Positions 49,098 through 58,506 of a stretch of 64,000 bases of DNA are shown one piece after another. The translations under genes and the position numbers were made by a program. How positions within the stretch are numbered: position 1 is the first letter of the stretch; each line of letters opens with the position of its first letter. The stretch is from Candidatus Borrarchaeum weybense (GTDB lineage Archaea > Asgardarchaeota > Sifarchaeia > Borrarchaeales > Borrarchaeaceae): positions 128,001 through 192,000 of the forward strand of contig JAHQJS010000006.1 of NCBI GenBank assembly GCA_019057385.1, written 5' to 3'. Below the pieces are notes generated by a model, which was given only the letters and a program-made list of their open reading frames with translations, did not search any database and was not told where the DNA came from.

Positions 49098-51683
49098 TTA
49101 TTGCGTTGCGGTGATAGTAGGACTCTCTAATCCAGATAATCTTCTATAAAAATCGTTTACTATGGATGCAAATTTATGACTGTCAATAGCGGAAAGCGAA
49201 ACTATGTGGAGTTTATCCTTGAGCTCGGGAACAAGTTCTTTTAGCAACATTATTCTTTTTTCTGCTTTCGAGAAACCGTCTATATATTTACAAGATTCTT
49301 TCTGACACCCTATTACTAACACTCCGTCGAAACCTTGTTCGAAGGAATAGAGTACGAAGCGCACGTCGACTCTTCCCGTACAGGGCACCTTTACAATCAA
49401 AACGTTTGGCGTGTACTGTATTTTCTTTAGACCTGCGTCATCGGCTGCTGAGTAACCGCACGACTCGCATGCAAAGGCGATAATTTTTGGCGATTGTGAA
49501 AATTTTGAGTATGTTTCAATTGTTTTCATCATTTTGAGCGTAGTATCAATCTGCATTTCAATTGCTTTCGTCGGACAAACTGCAACGCAAATGCCGCATC
49601 CCTTACAACTAAATTGATCGATAATTACGTCTTCCGAATCAATGGAAATAGCCCTGTAGGGACATGAAGTAACGCACAATCCGCAGAATCCACATTTGTT
49701 AGTATCTATTGTGATGCCATGAATTTCTGGTATCAAATGATCTTTTGACAAGAGACCGATAACCTTTATCGCAACATCATTTGTTGCAGAAATCGTGGTT
49801 TTATAATCCGCTGGTCCTCTTACAGAACCACAGCCAAAAATACCCGAAGCTAATGTAATGTCTGACATAAATCCTTTAGAATCTAAACTGAAGTCTAAGG
49901 CCGATTCTCTCAGTTCTTTTAAGCTTTTGTTAGGGACCATACCAATGTTTAGAATAATCATGTCGGTTTCAAAACGATCTGATTCTGTCGCTATATATTT
50001 CCTAGTCCCCTCTACTTCGATTTTAAGGATTTTTGCCCAATGAAAAATCTTATGTTCTGGCGTAAACCACATAACTGGGTTCTGTGGTATTCTACTGATA
50101 TCATAGAATACATGAAGTTCGCATTCTGGTAACCTCTTTTCGATTTCATCAATGTACTTTTTAGTAAGGGTACAACAATAGGTAGAGCATTTATCGGTTC
50201 CCCCGACACACTGGATTATTGCTATACTCTTTGGTGGGTTTCCATCAGAAAGTTTGATCAGTTTACCCCTAGTAGGACCATCAGAAGCTAGAATCCTTTC
50301 AAACTCAGCTGATGTCAACACATCATTTTGAGGGTTATGTTGATATGCTGACAAATCTTGAAATAAGTCAGAACCAATTGCTAGCACCTTTGCCCCTACA
50401 TTGATTCTCAATTTTTTGGTTTTTTCTTCTAAGTTAATGGCGTTCGTCGGACAAGATTCTTCACACAGTCTACAGTTTCTACAATCTTCAATAGATTCTT
50501 CATCTATGACAGAGGCGTAGGGATATGCATTTGAAAAAGGGATATGGATGAACTTTCTTTGCTTAAGTCCGAATTCATATTCATCTGGTTTTTCATTTGG
50601 ACACACATTGGAGCATCTCTTACAACCGGTACAATCATCCACGTCGACAAATCTAGGATGGATTAGCAATTCAATTTCAAAATTACCAACGTGCCCAGAC
50701 ACTCTTTCGACAGTGGTGTTTGTAAAAATCTTCACATTTTTCTCTTTCACGACTCGGCTAATTAACTCTGTAAGATAACATGACGCACACTCTTTAACAT
50801 CATGAATAGTACTCCATCTTGCAATCTTTCCACCTAACGTTGGGGATTTTTCGATGAGGATAACTTCCAAGCCCGCCCTTGCAAATGATAAAGCTAAGCT
50901 TATACCCGCAAGTCCACCTCCAATCACTGCAACACTTTTTTGAGTTCTTATAATTTCTTTTACTTTGATGTCTTCTTGAAGAATAACCCGATTAACAGCG
51001 GCTTCTATTAAGATCTTTGCTTTTTCAAGAGCGATTTGTGGTTCTGAATCATTGACCCAGACACATTGCTCCCTGATATTGGCAAATTCTGTGTTTTTGA
51101 TTACTTCAACTGGGAGAAGTCCTTCGAAGATGTCCGCAACCACGAATGAATGAGTTCTTGGTGAGCATGAAGCAACCACGATGCGATTAATAAAGAACTG
51201 ATCAACCCATTCCTCTTTTATGCCCTCCACTTCTCTTATATCACACAATCTATCAACAATGCGTACCGAAACAACGTTTTTTAGAGAGGCAACATACCTC
51301 TTTAAGTCAGCGACATCTAATACACAAGATATTTCTTCAGCACATAAACAGATGATGACACCTATGCGTAGTATTCCTACTTTGGTGATGTCATCTTTGT
51401 CGATTTGATCAAATTGCGCTGTCCCAGAAAGGATGTTATCATTTAATTTCATGATTTTTAGAGCCAATTTGCCTTCTTCAGTCAACATATAGTTCTTTCC
51501 GCTCTTTTTAATCAAATCTCCCATCTTTTTCAGATGGAAGTTAAGTTTCCCCGACGTTTCCAACTTCAACAGCGGCAGAAAAGCGGAAAAAGACAAAACC
51601 CCTTCTCTCTCAAGGAATTGGAGTATTTTTTGCCTTGTTGGATGTGAAAGAACTGAATATAATTCCATAATTGTTAACTCCAT
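49098..51683 (-). CDS. Winged-helix HTH / HdrA / MvhD fusion protein
   Basis: N-terminal LSHPTRQKIL..SGKLNFHLKKM..YMLTEEG wHTH; HdrA motifs NIREQC, GGGLAG, EFERIL, QCVG..CS.YCC, ferredoxin motifs; C-terminal MvhD CESCGY, PCTGRV, GC....C. Confidence 0.88.
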   Translation of the reverse strand: MELTIMELYSVLSHPTRQKILQFLEREGVLSFSAFLPLLKLETSGKLNFHLKKMGDLIKKSGKNYMLTEEGKLALKIMKLNDNILSGTAQFDQIDKDDITKVGILRIGVIICLCAEEISCVLDVADLKRYVASLKNVVSVRIVDRLCDIREVEGIKEEWVDQFFINRIVVASCSPRTHSFVVADIFEGLLPVEVIKNTEFANIREQCVWVNDSEPQIALEKAKILIEAAVNRVILQEDIKVKEIIRTQKSVAVIGGGLAGISLALSFARAGLEVILIEKSPTLGGKIARWSTIHDVKECASCYLTELISRVVKEKNVKIFTNTTVERVSGHVGNFEIELLIHPRFVDVDDCTGCKRCSNVCPNEKPDEYEFGLKQRKFIHIPFSNAYPYASVIDEESIEDCRNCRLCEESCPTNAINLEEKTKKLRINVGAKVLAIGSDLFQDLSAYQHNPQNDVLTSAEFERILASDGPTRGKLIKLSDGNPPKSIAIIQCVGGTDKCSTYCCTLTKKYIDEIEKRLPECELHVFYDISRIPQNPVMWFTPEHKIFHWAKILKIEVEGTRKYIATESDRFETDMIILNIGMVPNKSLKELRESALDFSLDSKGFMSDITLASGIFGCGSVRGPADYKTTISATNDVAIKVIGLLSKDHLIPEIHGITIDTNKCGFCGLCVTSCPYRAISIDSEDVIIDQFSCKGCGICVAVCPTKAIEMQIDTTLKMMKTIETYSKFSQSPKIIAFACESCGYSAADDAGLKKIQYTPNVLIVKVPCTGRVDVRFVLYSFEQGFDGVLVIGCQKESCKYIDGFSKAEKRIMLLKELVPELKDKLHIVSLSAIDSHKFASIVNDFYRRLSGLESPTITATQ

Positions 51684-51789
51684 TTTTCAAAAATCAATAT
51701 TTTTCCTTTTTTCCTGTTACATTCAACTGAGAGTGCAAGATTATAATCGTGAATTTTTTGTTAACTTATAAATAATTATCGATGGTTAC

Positions 51790-51940
51790 TTACAAAAACT
51801 TTTTTGATAATTTTTGTTTACAAAATAGGAAAAAAAATATTTTCTTTTTCAATAGCTTAGGTTGTCTTTTGGGCGTTTAGATAAGTTGACTTTTTGTCAA
51901 TTTTTGTCGCAAAAATTTAGAAACAAAATTTTTGGACAGA
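51790..51940. promoter_or_regulatory. Repeated TTTTTG/CAAAA boxes in divergent promoter
   Basis: TTTTTG-nn-AATTTTTGT at 51801 and 51891 (90 bp apart), each extending into a TTTTG..CAAAA palindrome. Confidence 0.45.
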
Positions 51941-52040
51941 ATTATATATTCTTGCATATATGGTTGAAATAACACTGAAAAAATTCAATTGGTGAAAATT
52001 ATCAATTAAAATCACTTAAAACTAATATGGAGGAATGTTA

Positions 52041-52403
52041 ATGGCTCAAATTGAAGTTTCTGAAGAAATCAAAAATAAAACTCCTGAAACAAACAATTTC
52101 GCGTGCCCAAACTGGGATACCTGTACTGTCCACCGATGTGATATCTGCGCTTTTGGTAAAAGCTTGACCTATGAATCGGTAAAAACCGCTAATGAACCAA
52201 ATTTAGCATATTCATGTGAAACATTTGGCCAATATGACGTAAAAAATCTAATCTGTAGCAGATGCCCCCTTAAACTGAATTGTATGGAAGAAAAAGAAAA
52301 AAGGCAAGCCTACCTAAACTCTCTGGCAGAAATGGAATCTTTGGTAGGATTAGTTCAGAAGAAAATCGCAGAATCCAAAGTCAATCTGGGAATCAAACTT
52401 TAA
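52041..52403 (+). CDS. Small Cys-rich (two Cys4) metal-binding protein
   Basis: C-x5-C-x4-C-x2-C and C..FG.YD.....C..C.....C; GGAGG SD. Confidence 0.75.
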   Translation: MAQIEVSEEIKNKTPETNNFACPNWDTCTVHRCDICAFGKSLTYESVKTANEPNLAYSCETFGQYDVKNLICSRCPLKLNCMEEKEKRQAYLNSLAEMESLVGLVQKKIAESKVNLGIKL

Positions 52404-52558
52404 TCGAATGATTCCCCTATTTTTGCCCCTCACTCTTTTTAATCATTATTTTTATGAATCTTTTAAGAAGAAAACTGTATCTTTTTAATCATTAATGCGT
52501 ATTTCGATCGTACATTTCTAAACTGTTGTGAGAGTCTAAAATAAATAAAATATGAAGT

Positions 52559-53884
52559 TTAGGCTTTTTTCTTAGCCTTTAGTTCTTTTACCCTTATCAA
52601 CAATCGTTCTAAGATTTCTTTGTCCGATAAGCATCCTTCTGGCGCTTCTATTACTTTCTTAACGCGAATGGGAACCCCATCCATTCTGTAACCCGTGCCT
52701 TCCGCCTCAATGCCCGCTATCGAGCATGGAAGCAATACATCCGCTAGCTCTGTCGTAGGTGTTTGATGAGGGTCAATTGCTATAAGAGGGATTTCTGCTA
52801 GACGTTTTGCTGCTTTTAATGGAAAATTAGCTACGGCATCCGCCGCAATAACAAGAGCAGCGTCAACCTCTCCTTTTGCCAACACTTCATTTGAGGTAAA
52901 TTCGCCCGGTCCATACCTTGGATAGCCCCTGCTGAAATCAACTGCAAAGGGATATCCTGTTATCCACGTTAGGACCTGACCAATGCCAGTTACATTCCAG
53001 TGTCCTCGCATCGGACAGATCAAAAATTTGGTGAAAGCAGCGAGATCTCGAACAAGACTTAAGGCGATATCAATATTTCTATGCTTTCCGCTACTCATGG
53101 TAAGCCCAAGACCGAAAAAGACAATTCCCATTTTGCTATTCTTTAAGATATTAACGAGCTCAATTATTTCTTCCTTAGAAACTCCACCTACCTCATCAAC
53201 AGCAAGTTCATTGCCTGCTAACACTGTTCTAACAGCACTTATTACTTCGAAATCTGTACCCGGTTTCGGTTGAATGAAGAGATTTGCCAATTTCGCAGTG
53301 TGGGTTTCTCTGGGGTCTACCACTACCATGAGTCTGTCTTTAACACCACGTTCCGTAAAGAATCCCCTTCGATAAACGGAATATCTACTCATATGACGGG
53401 GATGAGCATGAACTGGATTGCAGCCCCAATAGATGATTAAGTCTGCTCGATTCATGATTTCTCCTAAGGTTGCTCCTGATAATCCAATATCCTGCACTCC
53501 TAAAATAGACGGACCGTGACATACAGAAGCGGTCTGATCTATACAACCACCTACTTCTTCGGCTAATGCTACTCCTATGCTTTGGGCCTCGCATTCTGTT
53601 GAAGCCCATCCATAAAGCAACGGCCATTCTGCATTCACTAAAAACTGTGCTGCCTTTTCTATGGCTTCATCTAATTCAACTTCTTTGAGCTTCCCATTTT
53701 CTCTTATCATCGGAGCAGTGATTCTGTGAGATACGTTGTTGGCTGACATGAATTTTGCTGTACCGAGGACACAGGCATTTGCAGTTTCCACAATCTTACC
53801 ATTTTCCACATAAATTTCAATATCGTCGCATAAACATCCACAAAAAGGACAAATGACATTTTTAACAACAGTTTGTTTGCTCAT
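52559..53884 (-). CDS. fwdB: Formylmethanofuran dehydrogenase subunit B (Cys form)
   Basis: CPFCGCLCDD, SVCHGPS, HAHPRH, MRGHWNV. Confidence 0.96.
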   Translation of the reverse strand: MSKQTVVKNVICPFCGCLCDDIEIYVENGKIVETANACVLGTAKFMSANNVSHRITAPMIRENGKLKEVELDEAIEKAAQFLVNAEWPLLYGWASTECEAQSIGVALAEEVGGCIDQTASVCHGPSILGVQDIGLSGATLGEIMNRADLIIYWGCNPVHAHPRHMSRYSVYRRGFFTERGVKDRLMVVVDPRETHTAKLANLFIQPKPGTDFEVISAVRTVLAGNELAVDEVGGVSKEEIIELVNILKNSKMGIVFFGLGLTMSSGKHRNIDIALSLVRDLAAFTKFLICPMRGHWNVTGIGQVLTWITGYPFAVDFSRGYPRYGPGEFTSNEVLAKGEVDAALVIAADAVANFPLKAAKRLAEIPLIAIDPHQTPTTELADVLLPCSIAGIEAEGTGYRMDGVPIRVKKVIEAPEGCLSDKEILERLLIRVKELKAKKKA

Positions 53885-53900
53885 CCTTTAGTTCACTCCC

Positions 53901-54311
53901 TCACTTTTTGAGCGGCATTATTTTTTTCATTAGTGCAGTAGGGGCTGGCACCCTTTCATTTGGAGCAGGTTCAATAATAGCTTCGATTCCTTTATAGGAT
54001 GGCATTCCTGTGCTATCAGTCTCTGGATTGACCACAGCATTTGCGTAAAGCCCCATTGGAATGAATACAATTCCTCTGTGTGGGGCCTGAGTTGATTCAA
54101 TTCCGCTTACTAAGACTTCACCATAATCAGTTTTAACTTTCACAGTATCGCCATCGTAAATTCCTAGTTCCTTCATGTCATCCGGGTCGATATCACATAC
54201 AGCAGTGCTCAGGACGTATCCTCGTGTGAGTTTTTCACCTTCTAACGCTACTCCTTGCTCAATCGATCGACCGGTAAGAAGGGTGACCTTTTTTGATTTT
54301 TTCATTCCCAT
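53901..54311 (-). CDS. fwdD: Formylmethanofuran dehydrogenase subunit D
   Basis: LLTGRS..QG, FIPMG.YAN, TGMPSYKG. Confidence 0.93.
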   Translation of the reverse strand: MGMKKSKKVTLLTGRSIEQGVALEGEKLTRGYVLSTAVCDIDPDDMKELGIYDGDTVKVKTDYGEVLVSGIESTQAPHRGIVFIPMGLYANAVVNPETDSTGMPSYKGIEAIIEPAPNERVPAPTALMKKIMPLKK

Positions 54312-54914
54312 CTCTTTTCACCATGTTCCTACTGGAAATTTAAGAGGGTATCTTGAAAACTAATATGGATGAATAGTAGGATCTAGTCAACAAATTTTCA
54401 AGTAATGGTCTTTCAAATATGTACAATTTGAAAGTTGTCGAAACTTTCACACTCATCTTTCCATTTAAATTTTGCTCATTTTAATGTTTTGAATAGTACA
54501 TTTAGAATATATAAAAAGAATCAATCAACTTCTAAGATGAGAGGCTTATTGTTATTTTCCATGAACAGAAATAGATTGCTTTAGAGCTAAAGTAGAATTT
54601 TTGCCAAAAACAGCACATATAAAGAACCTGTGCTTCTAATACTATATGATGAAAAGTGCAAAGGAGAACAGAGGAACAGATACTAGCTAGACGATATACA
54701 ACCACTTTACGCGTTTCAATGATTTAGTGACTAAAAATACAACTTTTGTTGACCTTGTAATCTTTTTGAAGCCTCATCCTATTCTAATTAAGCGACTGGG
54801 TGTAAACTTCATAAAAAGGTAAATGCTTAAATATCCAAATACTGCTTAAAGGACTGTTGATCGCCTTAATTTTGGGTGATTATCGGCAAACTCCTATGAG
54901 CTTGAGGGACGTTA

Positions 54915-55157
54915 ATGCCTTACGAAATTGTTATCAATGAAAGATTGTGTCATGGATGTGGAGATTGTTACACTGCATGTCCAAAGACTCAATTGTGTTT
55001 AATAAATGAAGATCATGAAAACCTAATTTTTGTTGTTAAAAAAGGGAAGGCTCATGTTGTAAACTCAAAGTTATGTGACGGATGCGGAATGTGTATTGAA
55101 GCTTGCCCTGTTCAAGCAATAAAAATAATCATTTCTGCAAAAGAGGTGCCTCGCTAA
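54915..55157 (+). CDS. 2x[4Fe-4S] ferredoxin (FwdG-like)
   Basis: CHGCGDCYTACP and CDGCGMCIEACP. Confidence 0.85.
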   Translation: MPYEIVINERLCHGCGDCYTACPKTQLCLINEDHENLIFVVKKGKAHVVNSKLCDGCGMCIEACPVQAIKIIISAKEVPR

Positions 55158-55915
55158 TGTTACCGTTACATAGAAAAATTGTTGAACCTGATACGATCAC
55201 AGCAGAATTTAAACTCTTGACGATTGATCTGAAACTTAATTATGACAGAGCACATTGTACAGGTTGTGGTACGTGCATCTTAGTTTGTCCAAAAAATGCT
55301 ATTGAAAGAGGACCTGTAGGCGCTTCCATTAAAGGGGATACCGACACACCTGCAATACTGATCGATGAAAATAAGTGCGTTTACTGTGGCACTTGCGCTT
55401 ATATGTGTCCTTTCTTTGCCTTGAAATTGGAGATAAATGGCGAGCCTAAAAATTTGCTTGCTGAAAACAAAGCGGTTCCGCCATTACCCACAGACTTTGT
55501 CGACCTCGAAAGGAGAAAAGGAATGAAGGCACGAAAGTTATTCAATGGTAAGATAAAACTCTATCCAGAAAATTGCCCTGGAGGTTGTTCGACTTGCGCA
55601 AACATTTGCCCCACTGGAGCACTTTACGTACCACATCCTAAAGAAGGTGGAGAACGAGTTGATAAAATTGCGCTTGACGAATCGAAATGTATCTATTGTG
55701 GAGCCTGTGTTAACGCATGCCCAACAAAATGTACAATAATGAGGGATGAAGATCAGTGTCTTTTTGATACCGAATGCCCTATCGTATGTGTAAACGAATG
55801 TCCTATTGAATTAGAACGTGAAGTCATTTACGATGAAGAAGGGGAATATACAGAATTTTGGCTTAATATAGTAGAAAAATTAAGATCTCCCCTTAAATTC
55901 TACGAACGTGAGTAA
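55157..55915 (+). CDS. Polyferredoxin (FwdF-like)
   Basis: Four CxxCxxCxxxCP-type motifs plus extra Cys; TAATG coupling sets the start at 55157. Confidence 0.85.
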   Translation: MLPLHRKIVEPDTITAEFKLLTIDLKLNYDRAHCTGCGTCILVCPKNAIERGPVGASIKGDTDTPAILIDENKCVYCGTCAYMCPFFALKLEINGEPKNLLAENKAVPPLPTDFVDLERRKGMKARKLFNGKIKLYPENCPGGCSTCANICPTGALYVPHPKEGGERVDKIALDESKCIYCGACVNACPTKCTIMRDEDQCLFDTECPIVCVNECPIELEREVIYDEEGEYTEFWLNIVEKLRSPLKFYERE

Positions 55916-55961
55916 TGGAATCAAAGAAGAATATTTCGTCACTTTGGAGGTGGTGATAAGA

Positions 55962-57950
55962 ATTTCAGAAGAAGAAATGCGCATTGGAGTTTTCGTTTGT
56001 CGTTGAGGTTTCCAAATTGCAGCTTACGTTGATGTTCCAGCATTAACTGAGTACGCAACTACACTTCCGAACGTTGTACTTGCAGAACAAAATCTCTCTC
56101 TTTGCACAACAGCAGGAGCAGACCTTATAAAGGATAAAATCGTGGTTTACAATTTGGACCGCATCGTTGTCGCGTCCTGTACGCCAAAAACACATGAACC
56201 CGTTTTCAGATCTATACTCAGTGATTTGGGGATGAGTCCTAGTTTCCTAGAGTTCGTAAACATCAGAGAACATGTTGCTTCGGTACATATGGAGACCCCA
56301 AAGAAAGCCTTAGAAAAAGCAAAAGAATTATTGCGGGCTGGCGTAGCCCGTGCGGCGGAGCTTGAAGACGTTCCTAGAAGGGTTATCAGTGTAAATCCGA
56401 CTGCCTTAGTGATCGGTGGCGGGATCGGTGGATTAACTGCAGCATTGAATTTAGGAGATGAAGGAATACAGGTTTATCTCGTCGAAAAGGCACCAAGCGT
56501 TGGTGGACACATGGCAATGCTCGATCGCACGTATCCCACTGATGATTGCAGTATCTGAATCTTGGGTCCAGTAATGCTGGAAGTCGATAGACATCCTAAC
56601 ATTGAAGTTATGAGTTATTCTGAAGTGAAAAGCGTTTCAGGCGTGATCGGTGATTTCGCAGTTACAGTTGAACATAGACCAAGATACGTCAATGAGATAA
56701 GGTGTAATGGATGTGGAGTTTGTATGGATGTTTGTCCGGTCTATGCACCTAATGAGTTCGACTGTAGTCTTGGACCAAGAAAAGCGGTTTATAAGCCATT
56801 TGCACAGGCAGTTCCTAATATTGCTACAATCGACATGGATTATTGTATTCGATGTAAACTCTGTGAACGCGTATGCGAATTAGAAGCAATCGATTTTAAT
56901 CAGCACCTCAAGGAAACAGAATTACATGTAGGGACAATTATCGTTGCTACCGGTTTCGATGAATTCAAACCCTATGGTCTATACGGCTATGGTGAATATG
57001 AGAACGTTCTAACGCAAAATGAATTCGAGCGAATATTGGCGCCGAATGGACCTTCTTCAGGCCACTTACGGAGAATTTCTGACGATAAAGAGCCAAAGCG
57101 AATTGCAATAATACAATGTGTTGGTTCTAGAGACCGAACTAAGAATCTTCACTGTTCAGGATACTGTTGCATGGTTGGGATTAAGAACGCAAAACTTGTC
57201 AAACAGCATTATCCTGATGCTGAAATCACAGTATGTTACATGGACATAAGAGCGTCTGGAAAAGATCTTGAAGAATACTACACGCGTTCTAGAAAACATA
57301 AAATAAAATATCTTCGAGGAAAAGTATCAGACGTATCAGAAGATCCAGAAACTAAAAACCTTATTGTACGCGTTGAAGACACGTTAGCAAATCAGATTAG
57401 AACAATCGAAGCGGACCTAGTTATTCTATCAGTAGCCATGGTTGCAGGCGAGGGAACAGAAAAGATAGCCGAAATTCTAAAACTTGAAAGAAGTTCTGAC
57501 GGCTTTATCAAGGAGTTCCATAACCGACTAAATCCTATTGACACCAAGATCCCCGGCATTTATATTGCGGGGGCAGCACAAGGTCCAAGAGCTATAGGTG
57601 ATACAGTCGCCTCGGCAAAGGGTGCAGCGGCAGCAGCATCGTCGCCAATGATAACGCGAAAGTACGAGATGGAACTTATCAAGGCTCTTGTTGACGAAGA
57701 AAGATGTTCAGGTTGTACTCTTTGTGTCAAAACCTGTCCATACGGTGCTATAACTATGGAGGAAGGTGTTGCAAAGGTGGATGAAGTTCTTTGCCGTGGT
57801 TGTGGTACTTGTACTTCGGTATGTCTATCGAACGCGATTGCGCTACGCTATTATAGAGATGAACAAATGGAAGCCTATATTGACGCTTTATTGGCACCAG
57901 AGGAAACCGTGACCGAGAAAGCCGTAGCGGAGGAAAAAGTAGGAGGTTAG
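55962..57950 (+). CDS. hdrA: Heterodisulfide reductase subunit A, selenoprotein with two in-frame UGA (U15, U199)
   Basis: One frame across TGA 56004 (VFVCRUG, canonical CHCG) and TGA 56556 (DDCSIUIL, canonical DCSxC); about 662 aa full-length HdrA. Confidence 0.93.
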
Positions 57951-57954
57951 AACA

Positions 57955-58410
57955 ATGGGTCAGAGTAAGAAACAGAAGGTTGATGCAATTGAGTTCGTAC
58001 CTAAAATCGTCACTTTTGCATGTTGGAAGTGAGGATACGAAGCCGCAGACATGGCTGGTGTTACAAGAACCCAGTATCCTGCCAACGTGTTGCCTATAAG
58101 GGTCCCGTGTGCTGGTCGAGTATCTCCTGACCTCATTATACGAGCGTTGAGACGAGCCGATGCTGTGATAGTTGTCGGTTGATACGAAGGCGAATGCGAC
58201 TTTGAGATTGGGAACAAGATTGCAAAAATGCAGATTGACTATCTCAAAGAAATGCTTAAGACCATCGGATTAGACGAACGTCGTATACAAATGAAATGGT
58301 GTTCCGCCGCTGAAGGCGAAAAATTCGCTCTGATGGCGAATGAAGTGACAAACGAAATCTTAGAATTAGGACCTAATCCACTAAAAAACAGACCTGCTGC
58401 AAAAGAATGA
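57955..58410 (+). CDS. mvhD: MvhD/VhuD [2Fe-2S] subunit, selenoprotein with two UGA (U26, U76)
   Basis: FACWKUGYEAADMAG, VPCAGRV, VVGUYEGEC, WCSAAEG; TGA at 58030 and 58180 sit at conserved Cys positions; GGAGG SD. Confidence 0.93.
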
Positions 58411-58464
58411 AACTCATGGGAAAACTTAGTTCATGAGTTAACGCCCCTGCGAGGGGTGCGGCAG
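58394..58464 (+). promoter_or_regulatory. Candidate SECIS element (eukaryote-like, three-way-junction variant)
   Basis: Helix CUGCUGCA/UGCGGCAG, AUGA (the mvhD stop), 10-bp helix AACUCAUGGG/UUCAUGAGUU with AAAA apical loop, side hairpin CCCCU-GCG-AGGGG. Confidence 0.65.
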
Positions 58465-58506
58465 ATATACCTTATCTTTATCATTCTCTTAGGAGATTAT
58501 ATACAA

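Noticed and set aside
52559-53884. Sec-containing FwdB (FwuB)
   Set aside because: Active-site residue is Cys (SVCHG); no in-frame TGA
55962-58410. hdrA and mvhD as pseudogenes with nonsense mutations
   Set aside because: All four interruptions are TGA at conserved Cys positions with otherwise intact frames; Sec recoding explains them better
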